NCBI GenBank assembly: GCA_046758965.1
Contig: JBHIBG010000036.1
Location: 1 to 25,005, forward strand
DNA: 25,005 nucleotides
DNA from: Candidatus Methylomirabilia bacterium
GTDB taxonomy: Bacteria > Methylomirabilota > Methylomirabilia > Rokubacteriales > CSP1-6
Direction of reading: 5' to 3'
Positions 17,352 through 25,005 of the stretch are shown here, piece by piece (the stretch's first letter is position 1; every line of letters starts with the position of its first letter). Under the pieces are notes generated by a model. The model was not told where the DNA came from. It saw nothing but the letters and a program-made list of their open reading frames with translations, and searched no databases. The translations under genes were made by a program, and so were the position numbers.

Positions 17352-17735
17352 ATGGAAGGGTCTGTCGCGGTGGCAGTGGTGGATGGCAATGCCGGAGCGC
17401 GCCAGGCGCTGGTGCGGCAGCTCGGGCAGGTGCATGGGGTCTCGGTGGTGGGGGAAGCGGAGGATCCTGAGGAGGCCCTGAGGATGGTCCGGGACCAGCG
17501 GCCCCAGGTGGTGGTGATGGACGTCCGGCGGATGGAGCCTAAGGGGCCCGAGTTCGTGGGGCGGCTGGTGGCTGACGCCCCCGGCTTGGCTGTCGTGATC
17601 CTCACCGCGTACCTCACCGAGCGGGAGCGCTACGACCTGGTGGGGGCCGGTGCCCGCGCCATCCTCCTCAAGGAGATCGACTCCGGGGCACTCGTCCGGA
17701 CGATCCGCACAGTCGCCGCCCCGACTTGGGGCTAG
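17352..17735 (+). CDS. Single-domain response regulator (NarL-type receiver, no output domain)
   Basis: VVGEAED, PQVVVMDVR (phospho-Asp), VILTAY, ILLKEI; 127 aa. Confidence 0.85.
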   Translation: MEGSVAVAVVDGNAGARQALVRQLGQVHGVSVVGEAEDPEEALRMVRDQRPQVVVMDVRRMEPKGPEFVGRLVADAPGLAVVILTAYLTERERYDLVGAGARAILLKEIDSGALVRTIRTVAAPTWG

Positions 17736-17754
17736 CGAAAGGGGGGTCAGAGGC

Positions 17755-18495
17755 GTGAGGTATCTCAGGGCGTTTATGCTGGCGGCTCTGCTGCTCGCCC
17801 CATCGGTGGCCGTCGCCTACGAGGTGGTGCCGGTGGCCAACGGGGGGGCGATCGTCGGCCGCGTGAAGTTCAAGGGCGCTCCCCCTCCTAACCGGAGGAT
17901 CCTGATCACGAAGAACTTCGACGTGTGCGGGAGGGGAGAGAGGGAGATCCCGGAGGTGGTCGTCTCAGCGGAAGGCGGTCTCCAAGAGACTGTGGTGTAT
18001 ATCGAGAAGATCCGCAAGGGGAAGGCGTGGGCGAACGCCGACGGGGGAGAGTACCTGCTCAACCAGAAGGGATGTCGGTTTATCCCGTACTTCAGAGTGG
18101 TTCCGAAGGGGCAGACGATGATCATTCAGAACAGCGACCCGGTGCTCCACAACATCCATGTGCGCGAGCTCATCGGGAGGGCCCGGCGGACCCTTTTCAA
18201 TTTCGGGCAACCCCGGCAGGGGCAGCGGGTCCCTCAGAAGATCCGCCCCATCCGGAGCAGTCGCATCAAGATTGAGTGCGAGGCGCACAATTTCATGCAC
18301 GCCTGGATGTTTGCTGCCAAGAGCCCGTACTACGCCGTCACGAGCGTGGACGGCTCGTTTCGAATCGACCAGGTCCCCCCGGGAACCTATACCGTCAAGG
18401 CCTGGCATCCCGTCCTGGGAACCCAGAAGCGGACGGTAACCGTTCCACCAAATGGAGGGGCGGAGGTCTCTTATGAATTTTCGGCTGAGAAATGA
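17755..18495 (+). CDS. Secreted cupredoxin-like / carboxypeptidase-regulatory-like domain protein
   Basis: GTG 17755 followed by a signal peptide ending AVA. NQKGCRFIP, NSDPVLHNIH, CEAHNFM (H...C-x2-H-x2-M), then DGSFRIDQVPPGTYTVKAWHP. Confidence 0.8.
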   Translation: MRYLRAFMLAALLLAPSVAVAYEVVPVANGGAIVGRVKFKGAPPPNRRILITKNFDVCGRGEREIPEVVVSAEGGLQETVVYIEKIRKGKAWANADGGEYLLNQKGCRFIPYFRVVPKGQTMIIQNSDPVLHNIHVRELIGRARRTLFNFGQPRQGQRVPQKIRPIRSSRIKIECEAHNFMHAWMFAAKSPYYAVTSVDGSFRIDQVPPGTYTVKAWHPVLGTQKRTVTVPPNGGAEVSYEFSAEK

Positions 18496-18647
18496 ACCGT
18501 GCCATGTACACGTTCATGATCGGCCTGACGGGGCGCCCTCTGCCGTCTTACGCCGACGTGTTGACCGCTGAACAGGCTTGGGCTCTCGCCTACTACGTTG
18601 AGGAGGTCATCAAAAAGGGGCAGAGCGGGGTGAGTGGGGTTTTGTGA
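18492..18647 (+). CDS. 51-aa ORF resembling the C-terminal half of a cytochrome c domain (small protein or remnant)
   Basis: Translated by hand: MNRAMYTFMIGLTGRPLPSYADVLTAEQAWALAYYVEEVIKKGQSGVSGVL. Overlaps both neighbours (ATGA, GTGATG); resembles FTTGLNGTPMPSFIHTLSDEERWHLANYI in the 23374 gene. Confidence 0.55.
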   Translation: MNRAMYTFMIGLTGRPLPSYADVLTAEQAWALAYYVEEVIKKGQSGVSGVL

Positions 18648-19687
18648 TGGGTCTCCAGCCTGCATTCGCGCGTAGGGTCAGGCTGCTGCTCAGATCACTC
18701 CGACGGTGCTCAACCTTCACGAGACCGGTCGGGACCGTGGCGGGAGTGCTCATGCTCTGGACGACCTCCTGGGCAGGCCCGGTTGCCGCCGCCGCTCCCG
18801 CGGAGGTTCTCAAGTCCTACCTGAAGGCCATCTACGCCCGGGATTACTCAGGGGCGTACGATTGGATCTCTCAGGAGGACCGGAAGCTCAAGACCAAAGA
18901 GGAATACCTGCGTGAGAACGCCGCCTTCTCAGGGGCGGCCCTCGAAATGGCCCAGGCTCTCGCCTCACTGATTCGGTTTGAGGATCTCAAGACGGAGATT
19001 GAGCAGCACCACGCCACGATCACGTTCAGAGCGGTTATCCCGAACGTGAACGACCCCGCCGTCGACGACCTCCTTCTGGGGTTCAACGAAGAGCGCCTAG
19101 CCCTCCTCTCTCCTGGCGACCGCCGGGCGAGGTCGGATCAGCTTCGGGAGATGGCGAGGACACGGCGCCTGCCGGTGATCGAGGGGAACGAGCAATGGGA
19201 GCTGATCCGCGACGACGGATCGTGGCGGGTCTTTCTCAACTGGGCGGGAGCGGTGGCGGTCCACTTCGAGGCGGTGACGAAGAGCGGACTGCCGTGGCAA
19301 TTCGTCCCGGTCCAGCCCGTGGTTCGCGCCACCCCGGGGGAGACCCTCCAGACCTACTACCGCGTGAAGAACCTCTCGGACCGGGAGATCACGGCCAAGT
19401 CCCGCCACGTCCTCAATCCCCCCGAGGAGACGGGATACCTCGAGGTTATCTCCTGCTTCTGCCTTCTCGAGCAGACCCTGGCTGCGGGAGAGGAGCAGAG
19501 GTTGCCGGTCGTGTTTCGGGTGAGCTATGACATCCCGGAGTCGGTCCAAGAGATCCGGGTTCGCTACGAGTTCTACCCGATCGGGCAATTTCCGTGGCGA
19601 CAGCCTCTTGGGGCTACGACGGAGAGGTCCGGGGGTCACTTTGAAGTCCACCGGCCCGAGCAGTTCCAAGCGGAACGACGCGAGTGA
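18644..19687 (+). CDS. Cox11/CtaG copper chaperone domain fused to an N-terminal extracytoplasmic (NTF2-like) domain
   Basis: C-terminal LPWQFVPVQ...PGE...YRVKN...ISCFCLLEQTLAAGEEQRLPVVF...YEFY with the Cox11 CFC motif. Start codon uncertain. Confidence 0.8.
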   Translation: MMGLQPAFARRVRLLLRSLRRCSTFTRPVGTVAGVLMLWTTSWAGPVAAAAPAEVLKSYLKAIYARDYSGAYDWISQEDRKLKTKEEYLRENAAFSGAALEMAQALASLIRFEDLKTEIEQHHATITFRAVIPNVNDPAVDDLLLGFNEERLALLSPGDRRARSDQLREMARTRRLPVIEGNEQWELIRDDGSWRVFLNWAGAVAVHFEAVTKSGLPWQFVPVQPVVRATPGETLQTYYRVKNLSDREITAKSRHVLNPPEETGYLEVISCFCLLEQTLAAGEEQRLPVVFRVSYDIPESVQEIRVRYEFYPIGQFPWRQPLGATTERSGGHFEVHRPEQFQAERRE

Positions 19688-21645
19688 GCGGCCCCGGTCG
19701 GGCGCGGATGGTCTCGTTCTTCACTGCCCTGTCCCTCCTTTTGGTCTCTTCCCCCCTTATGGCCCAGGAGGTGGAGTACCGGGGAGGCATTCTGGCCGAT
19801 CCGCGGACGGTCATCTGGATAGTGGCCGAGCTCCATCTGATGTTCGGGGCCTTCGTCCTCGGGGTTCCCATCTTCGCCGTCATCGTCGAGATCATCGGGG
19901 CGCGGACGAAGGACCCGAGATACGACCGGATGGCGCGGGATTTCACCCGGCTCCTCTCAGCGGCCTTTGCGACCACAGCGGCCCTGGGGGGCCTCCTGGC
20001 CTTCACCCTCTTCTCCATTTACCCGCGGTTCATGGGCTACCTGACGGGCGTCTTCCACAAGACGTTCTATGTCTATGGCCTCCTTTTCTTTGCGGAGACC
20101 TTCTGCCTCTATCTCTATTACTACTCCTGGGACCGGCTACAGCATCGGAAGGGCCTCCACATCGGGCTCGGAGTTCTTCTGAATCTCGTCGGCACGGCCA
20201 TCATGATGATCTCCAACTCCTGGGCGAGTTTCATGATGAGCCCGGTGGGGATCGAGGAGGAGACGGGGAAGTTCGTCGGGACGACCCTCCAGGCCGTGAT
20301 GAATCCCCTCTGGACGCCGTTGAACCTCCACCGGATCTTGGGCAACGTGGTCTTCGGGGGGCTGGTGGCGGGCGCATACGCGGCCATCAAGTTCATCGGG
20401 GCGAAGACCGAACAGGAGCGGGCCCACTACGACTGGATGGGATACACGGGCAACTTTGTCGCCATCTCCGCCCTCATCTTCCTTCCCTTTGCCGGCTACT
20501 ACCTGGGGCGCGAGGTCTACAGCGCCAGCCCCATCATGGGCAACAACATGATGGGCGGCACGTTTTCCTGGACCTTCATCATCCAGGCGCTCCAGGTCGG
20601 CGTGCTCTTTATCATGAGCAACTACTATCTCTGGCTCGGGATGGGGCGCATCCCCGGGGCGGAGCGGTATCAGAAATACGTGAAGTACATCAATCTGGTT
20701 CTGCTCCTTGCCTTCGCCGTCTGGTTGACGCCCCACAATCTTCCCCTGAGCTCTGAGGAGCAGATCCTCGTGGGGGGGCAGTATCATCCGGTGCTGAAGT
20801 ATCTGGGGCTGATGTCAGCCAAGAATGCAGTGATCAATCTCATGATCCTCTCCACGTTCTTCAGCTTCCTGCTCTACCGGCGGGGGAACAAGGGGAACAC
20901 GCTCCCCTTCGCCGCGCACGGGTGGATGGCCAAGATGGTCCTGGGCGGGGTCGGCGTGCTCGTGCTCCTGATCCTGGGGACCTATGCGCGCTCCCTCTTC
21001 ACCTTGGACCCCCAGACCCTGGGCCTGTCCCCCGACAAAGGCAGGTATTTTCTGCTTCCCGCCTGGCTGCTCGGTGTTCAGATCGCGGCCGTTTTCGCCT
21101 CGATCCTGATGACGTTTCGAGACGGGGGAAAGCTCGCTCAGGCCGGGCTCTTCGCTATCACGTCCCTTATCGGGGTCTTCATTTTGGGCGTCTACGGCTT
21201 CATCGTCATGGCGGAGGCCAATCCCTTCTTGCGGAATATCGCCGTGGCGCAGTGGCTCATACTCTTGAGCGCGCTGCTGACCATCGGGGCGATCGACATC
21301 TTCCTCTTTCGGAAGGCGGAGATCATGGGGGGACTCCGCTGGGGCCGGGTGCCTGTAGGCTCCCAGTATGTCCTCCTCTTCCTCGCGGTGATGGCCGTGA
21401 TGACCATGGGGATTATGGGATTCATCCGATCCGGCCTCCGCGAGAACTGGCATATCTACGGCGTCCTGCAGGACACGACGGAGTGGGCCTTCACCCCTTC
21501 CGATTTCTATGCGGCGGGGGTCATCGCCTTCATCGTGATGGTGTTCTTCATCATGATCGCCCTGGTCTTCTGGATGAGCGAGCTGGGCGAAAAGAAGGGG
21601 ATCGAACTGGTAGAGGCCGGGCTTCCCCAGGCGGAGGCTGACTGA
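19684..21645 (+). CDS. Cytochrome bd-like oxidase subunit I (alternative CydA, Nitrospira/Nitrospina/anammox type)
   Basis: Many TM helices; AELHLMFGAFVLGVP, FAETF, NSWASFMMSP, NLHRILGN, GFIRSGLRENWHIYG (divergent GRQPW region). Start may be ATG 19708. Confidence 0.85.
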   Translation: MSGPGRARMVSFFTALSLLLVSSPLMAQEVEYRGGILADPRTVIWIVAELHLMFGAFVLGVPIFAVIVEIIGARTKDPRYDRMARDFTRLLSAAFATTAALGGLLAFTLFSIYPRFMGYLTGVFHKTFYVYGLLFFAETFCLYLYYYSWDRLQHRKGLHIGLGVLLNLVGTAIMMISNSWASFMMSPVGIEEETGKFVGTTLQAVMNPLWTPLNLHRILGNVVFGGLVAGAYAAIKFIGAKTEQERAHYDWMGYTGNFVAISALIFLPFAGYYLGREVYSASPIMGNNMMGGTFSWTFIIQALQVGVLFIMSNYYLWLGMGRIPGAERYQKYVKYINLVLLLAFAVWLTPHNLPLSSEEQILVGGQYHPVLKYLGLMSAKNAVINLMILSTFFSFLLYRRGNKGNTLPFAAHGWMAKMVLGGVGVLVLLILGTYARSLFTLDPQTLGLSPDKGRYFLLPAWLLGVQIAAVFASILMTFRDGGKLAQAGLFAITSLIGVFILGVYGFIVMAEANPFLRNIAVAQWLILLSALLTIGAIDIFLFRKAEIMGGLRWGRVPVGSQYVLLFLAVMAVMTMGIMGFIRSGLRENWHIYGVLQDTTEWAFTPSDFYAAGVIAFIVMVFFIMIALVFWMSELGEKKGIELVEAGLPQAEAD

Positions 21646-22538
21646 TGGGAAAGGCGGTGTGGAAGGTCGCGGCCTTCGTCCTGGGGATCAACCTGGCCTT
21701 CGTCTATGTGGGGTATACCATCACGACCGTCTCCGGTCGGCGTGGCGGGATGGAGGCGGCCCTGATGGAGGTCAGCCCCGAGGCCGGGGAGAAGATCTTT
21801 TGGGGGAAGGGGAAATGCTCGACATGCCATAGCATCGGGAGCAAGGGCAGCGCTATCCGGTGTCCCAACCAGGGAGTGCTTCTGCCGAAGTTTCCCGTGC
21901 CCCTCTGGGAGCGAGCGGCCACCCGGGTCGACGGAAAAACCGCCGCCGAGTATGTGGTTGAAAGCGTCTATAACCCGTCCGCCTATGTCGTGGAGGGGTA
22001 CTCGGACGGGGTGATGCCTCACGTGAAGAACCCGCCCATCGCTCTGACCGACGATGAGATCCTGTCGGTTCTGGTGTACTTGGTGAGCACGAGCAAGGAG
22101 GATGGCGAGGTGGGCGGCGAGACGCTGAGCGCCTTGGTTCGTGCTCAGCAGCCTTACAAGACCGGCCAGATTCAGGTGAAGGAGACCGTCGCCAAGCTCC
22201 AACTCCCGGAAGGCGATCCTGAGTTCGGCAGAGACGTGTTCGAGGAGATGAAGTGTTATACCTGCCACAAGGTCGAAGGGGAGAAGTTCCCCACCAGGAA
22301 GGAGGATGAGGGCGGGGTCGGTCCGGACCTGACCGATATCGGAGGCGTTCAGACCCAGCTCTACCTCTTCGAGTCAGTCATCAACCCGAATGCGGTCATC
22401 GTTCAGGGCGAAGGCTTTGTGGGCGACGACGAGTTGTCCAAGATGCCGGAGTATCACGACACGCTGAACCTCAGGGACCTGGTGGACCTGGTCGCGTTTC
22501 TCTCGAGCCTGGGCGCGGAACAGGCGGAGGCGCAATGA
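21645..22538 (+). CDS. Membrane-anchored di-heme cytochrome c
   Basis: TGATG overlap; N-terminal TM; CSTCH and CYTCH; distal MP motifs (GVMP, SKMP). Confidence 0.9.
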   Translation: MGKAVWKVAAFVLGINLAFVYVGYTITTVSGRRGGMEAALMEVSPEAGEKIFWGKGKCSTCHSIGSKGSAIRCPNQGVLLPKFPVPLWERAATRVDGKTAAEYVVESVYNPSAYVVEGYSDGVMPHVKNPPIALTDDEILSVLVYLVSTSKEDGEVGGETLSALVRAQQPYKTGQIQVKETVAKLQLPEGDPEFGRDVFEEMKCYTCHKVEGEKFPTRKEDEGGVGPDLTDIGGVQTQLYLFESVINPNAVIVQGEGFVGDDELSKMPEYHDTLNLRDLVDLVAFLSSLGAEQAEAQ

Positions 22539-23377
22539 GAGCCCGGAGACCGCGCCTGACCCTTTTCTGGTCAGTGGTCGGCTCCCTCCTGGGACTCTTC
22601 CTTCTTCTCTGGCAGGCCTTTCCGTATTTCTCCATGGCCGTGACGGGGGGGCGCGTGCCCCTCCCCATGCCATCCGTTGCCATGGCGCTCTACCTCCTGC
22701 TCGCCCTCTGGGGGGCCTTTCTCTATGTGACCTCTGATCCCGGAAGGCGGACGGAATTTCTGGCCCCGATCCGGGCCTTTCTCCAGGCCGAGGGTGCCAT
22801 GGGGCGAGTCAGGCTCGGGGTGTTTGTCCTCACTCCGTTTTTCTTCGGCGGGCTGATCTTCACCCAGTTCGCGCCACGGGTGACGAGCCCAACCGGGATA
22901 CGCATCCAGCACCCCACCATGCCCGGTCGATTCGAGGGGCTCGAGAATCCCCTCCGCCACCCCTCGGATGAGCGGGTGAAGCAGTTCATCGAGGAAGAGA
23001 ATCTGGGGGATCTCTCCCCGGATGAGGCGAGGAAGGCCCTGGTGCAGAGATACACGAGGGAGGGGATGGTCCTCTTCGAGAAGAACTGCCGGCCGTGCCA
23101 CGGGGTGGCGGCCGGTGGGGACGGCCCGATGGCCCGGGCCCTCCCCCTGAAGCCGGCGAACTTCCGGGACCCCGGCACCATTGCCACCGTAGTGGAGTCG
23201 TTCGCCTTCTGGAGGGTAAACGAGGGGGGCCGAGGACTGCCGCCTGTGGCGACCCCTTGGGACTCGGCCATGCCCGTCTGGAAGACGGATTTGAAAAAGA
23301 AGGAGATCTGGAAGATCCTCTTGGCGGAATACGAGATTGCCAACGTCGAGCCGAGGATCCCGGAGAAGTCACAGTGA
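22535..23377 (+). CDS. Membrane-bound mono-heme cytochrome c
   Basis: ATGA overlap; three N-terminal TM segments; CRPCHG..GGDGP, PANF, WDSAMP. Confidence 0.9.
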   Translation: MRARRPRLTLFWSVVGSLLGLFLLLWQAFPYFSMAVTGGRVPLPMPSVAMALYLLLALWGAFLYVTSDPGRRTEFLAPIRAFLQAEGAMGRVRLGVFVLTPFFFGGLIFTQFAPRVTSPTGIRIQHPTMPGRFEGLENPLRHPSDERVKQFIEEENLGDLSPDEARKALVQRYTREGMVLFEKNCRPCHGVAAGGDGPMARALPLKPANFRDPGTIATVVESFAFWRVNEGGRGLPPVATPWDSAMPVWKTDLKKKEIWKILLAEYEIANVEPRIPEKSQ

Positions 23378-24939
23378 GACCCATCGTTCCCTTCCTATTC
23401 CTCCCTCTCTTGCTTCTCTTTCGTCTGCCGGGAGCTCAGGCCAAACCCCCGGCAACCGAGGAGATGGTTCAAACCGGGAAGAAGATCTACGAACGGCGGT
23501 GTTTCTTCTGTCATGGCGACGAAGGGGACGGGAACGGCCCGGTTGCCGATTACCTGGATCCCAGGCCTCGGGACTTCACGGTGGGGATATTCAAGCTGAG
23601 GACGACGGCCAGCGGCGAGCTCCCTACGGACGAGGATCTCTTCCGCACCGTGAGTCGGGGCATCGCGGGGACCGCCATGCCTTCGTGGGAGCCCTATTTG
23701 AGCGAGACGGAGAGGTGGCAGGTCATCTACTACATCAAGACCTTCTTCCCGGAGTTCTCAGACCCCGAGTTCGACCCCTACAAGAAGATCATTGAGGTTT
23801 CCAAGAACATCCCGTCCAGCCCGGAGAGCATTGCCAAGGGGAGGGAGCTCTTCAAGCGAGAGAAGTGCTGGGAGTGTCATGGGAAGGAAGGAAGGGGGGA
23901 CGGGAAGAAGATCCACGAGCTCGAGGACGACTGGGGCTTCCCCATCCGTCCCTTCAACCTGACCAAGGGGTGGAGGTTCAAGGGCGGGTCCGAGCCCCAG
24001 GACATTTATCGCCGCTTCACCACCGGTCTCAACGGCACCCCGATGCCCTCCTTCATCCACACCCTTTCCGACGAGGAGCGCTGGCACCTGGCCAACTACA
24101 TCGTCTCGCTCAATCAGGCAAAGGGCGCCGGAAGCGGACGGACAACGGTCGTTGTCTCCAAGCGCATCAGCGAGGAGATTCCCCTTGATCCCGATGCTCC
24201 CGTGTGGGAGGAAGCCCGCCCTCTCCAGATCCCCCTCCTCGGCCAGGTCATCCACAAGCCCAGGTGGCAGAATCCTTCGGTGGACCTCATCGAGCTGAGA
24301 TCTGTTCATAACGAGAAGGAGGTGGCGTTCCTGCTTCAGTGGGACGACCCCACAGAGGATACCGTCCACCGGAAGATCCAGGTCCCGATCGACCCAGAAG
24401 ACACCTACGTCAAAGTTTCCGACCTTCAGAGGCAGGCGGAAACGTTCAGGGACTCCGTCGCCCTCCAGTTTCCCGTCAAGATTCCCGAGGGACCCGTCAA
24501 GCCGCATTTCCTCTGGGGCGACAGGCGGAATCGCGTCAATCTGTGGATCTGGATGGCGGACCGGCAGGCCGTGGAGGAGGTCAATGCCTCCGGTCCTGAC
24601 GCTCCCCTCAAACCCCAACCTGCGGAAAGCCAACAGGCCAAAGGCACAGGGGTGTGGAAGGACGGCCGCTGGAAGGTAGTCATCATGAGGCCGCTTTCCA
24701 CCGACGACAGGAAAGATGCTCAGGTTGAGAAGGGGAAGCTCATCCCCATAGCCATCAACGTGTGGGACGGCGGCAACGGCGAGCACGACCTTATCATGTC
24801 CCTCTCTCCCTGGTACTATCTCTCCCTCGAGACCCCGATCCCTGCCCTGGCCTATGTCTTTGGCCTTCTCGGGGCGGCTGCGATGGGGCTTGTCCTTGCC
24901 CGCGTCAATCGTCGGCACCGCGGGGCGAGGGAAGCGTAG
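23374..24939 (+). CDS. Di-heme cytochrome c fused to an ethylbenzene dehydrogenase gamma (EbdC/NxrC-like) domain with C-terminal TM
   Basis: GTGA overlap; signal peptide; CFFCH and CWECH with GTAMP/GTPMP; then LLQWDDPT, DSVALQFP, VNLWIW, GVWKDGRWKVVIMRPL, IAINVWDG; C-terminal hydrophobic helix. Confidence 0.88.
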   Translation: MRPIVPFLFLPLLLLFRLPGAQAKPPATEEMVQTGKKIYERRCFFCHGDEGDGNGPVADYLDPRPRDFTVGIFKLRTTASGELPTDEDLFRTVSRGIAGTAMPSWEPYLSETERWQVIYYIKTFFPEFSDPEFDPYKKIIEVSKNIPSSPESIAKGRELFKREKCWECHGKEGRGDGKKIHELEDDWGFPIRPFNLTKGWRFKGGSEPQDIYRRFTTGLNGTPMPSFIHTLSDEERWHLANYIVSLNQAKGAGSGRTTVVVSKRISEEIPLDPDAPVWEEARPLQIPLLGQVIHKPRWQNPSVDLIELRSVHNEKEVAFLLQWDDPTEDTVHRKIQVPIDPEDTYVKVSDLQRQAETFRDSVALQFPVKIPEGPVKPHFLWGDRRNRVNLWIWMADRQAVEEVNASGPDAPLKPQPAESQQAKGTGVWKDGRWKVVIMRPLSTDDRKDAQVEKGKLIPIAINVWDGGNGEHDLIMSLSPWYYLSLETPIPALAYVFGLLGAAAMGLVLARVNRRHRGAREA

Positions 24940-24977
24940 CCATCGCCTGTTCTTTGGAGACGAAAGGAGAACGAGCA

Positions 24978-25005
24978 ATGCGGGTGCGCATGGTGAGCCT
25001 GGCGC
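24978..25005 (+). CDS. Start of next gene (truncated by window edge)
   Basis: AAGGAG RBS then ATG 24978, reading MRVRMVSLA. Confidence 0.5.

Noticed and set aside
794..23373. Extended N-termini in the ORF track (794, 3106, 9087, 17650, 23095)
   Set aside because: They overlap upstream genes; RBS or stop-start overlaps support 854, 3433, 9219, 17755 and 23374.
1238..24978. Long minus-strand and alternate-frame ORFs (e.g. 1238-2329, 3370-4623, 12665-13909, 14573-15892, 19527-20756, 23758-24978)
   Set aside because: Shadow ORFs of high-GC genes; no recognisable motifs.
1..25005. CRISPR array, tRNA, rRNA, transposase or integrase
   Set aside because: No regularly spaced repeats or recognisable signatures were seen.

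Overview
GC-rich bacterial window; every credible gene is on the + strand, in four blocks. (1) The 3' end of an EgtB/SenA-type FGE-domain gene. (2) An operon encoding a MoaD/ThiS protein, a three-subunit DMSO-reductase-family molybdoenzyme without a Tat signal (catalytic, 4x[4Fe-4S], NrfD/PsrC anchor), a GntR-UTRA regulator and an alpha/beta hydrolase. (3) A Cache-HAMP-GAF-HisKA_3 kinase and a DevR/NarL-type regulator, followed by two di-heme cytochrome c peroxidases, a Tat-exported Rieske subunit and an AioA-like molybdoenzyme. This is the gene set of dissimilatory iodate reductase (IdrABP1P2), here ordered P-P-B-A and followed by a degenerate Mrp/ApbC protein. (4) A translationally coupled operon: lone receiver protein, cupredoxin-like protein, unannotated 51-aa cytochrome c fragment, Cox11/CtaG fusion, Nitrospira/anammox-type CydA-like (bd-like) subunit with no CydB in the window, and three membrane c-type cytochromes, one with an EbdC/NxrC-like domain. 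Blocks 3 and 4 carry two diverged copies of the same upstream sequence containing a DosR-like palindrome. This suggests a single regulon linking an Idr-type enzyme to a copper-associated bd-like membrane module. A MITE-like element lies between idrB and idrA. All family assignments come from motif recognition; no searches were run.
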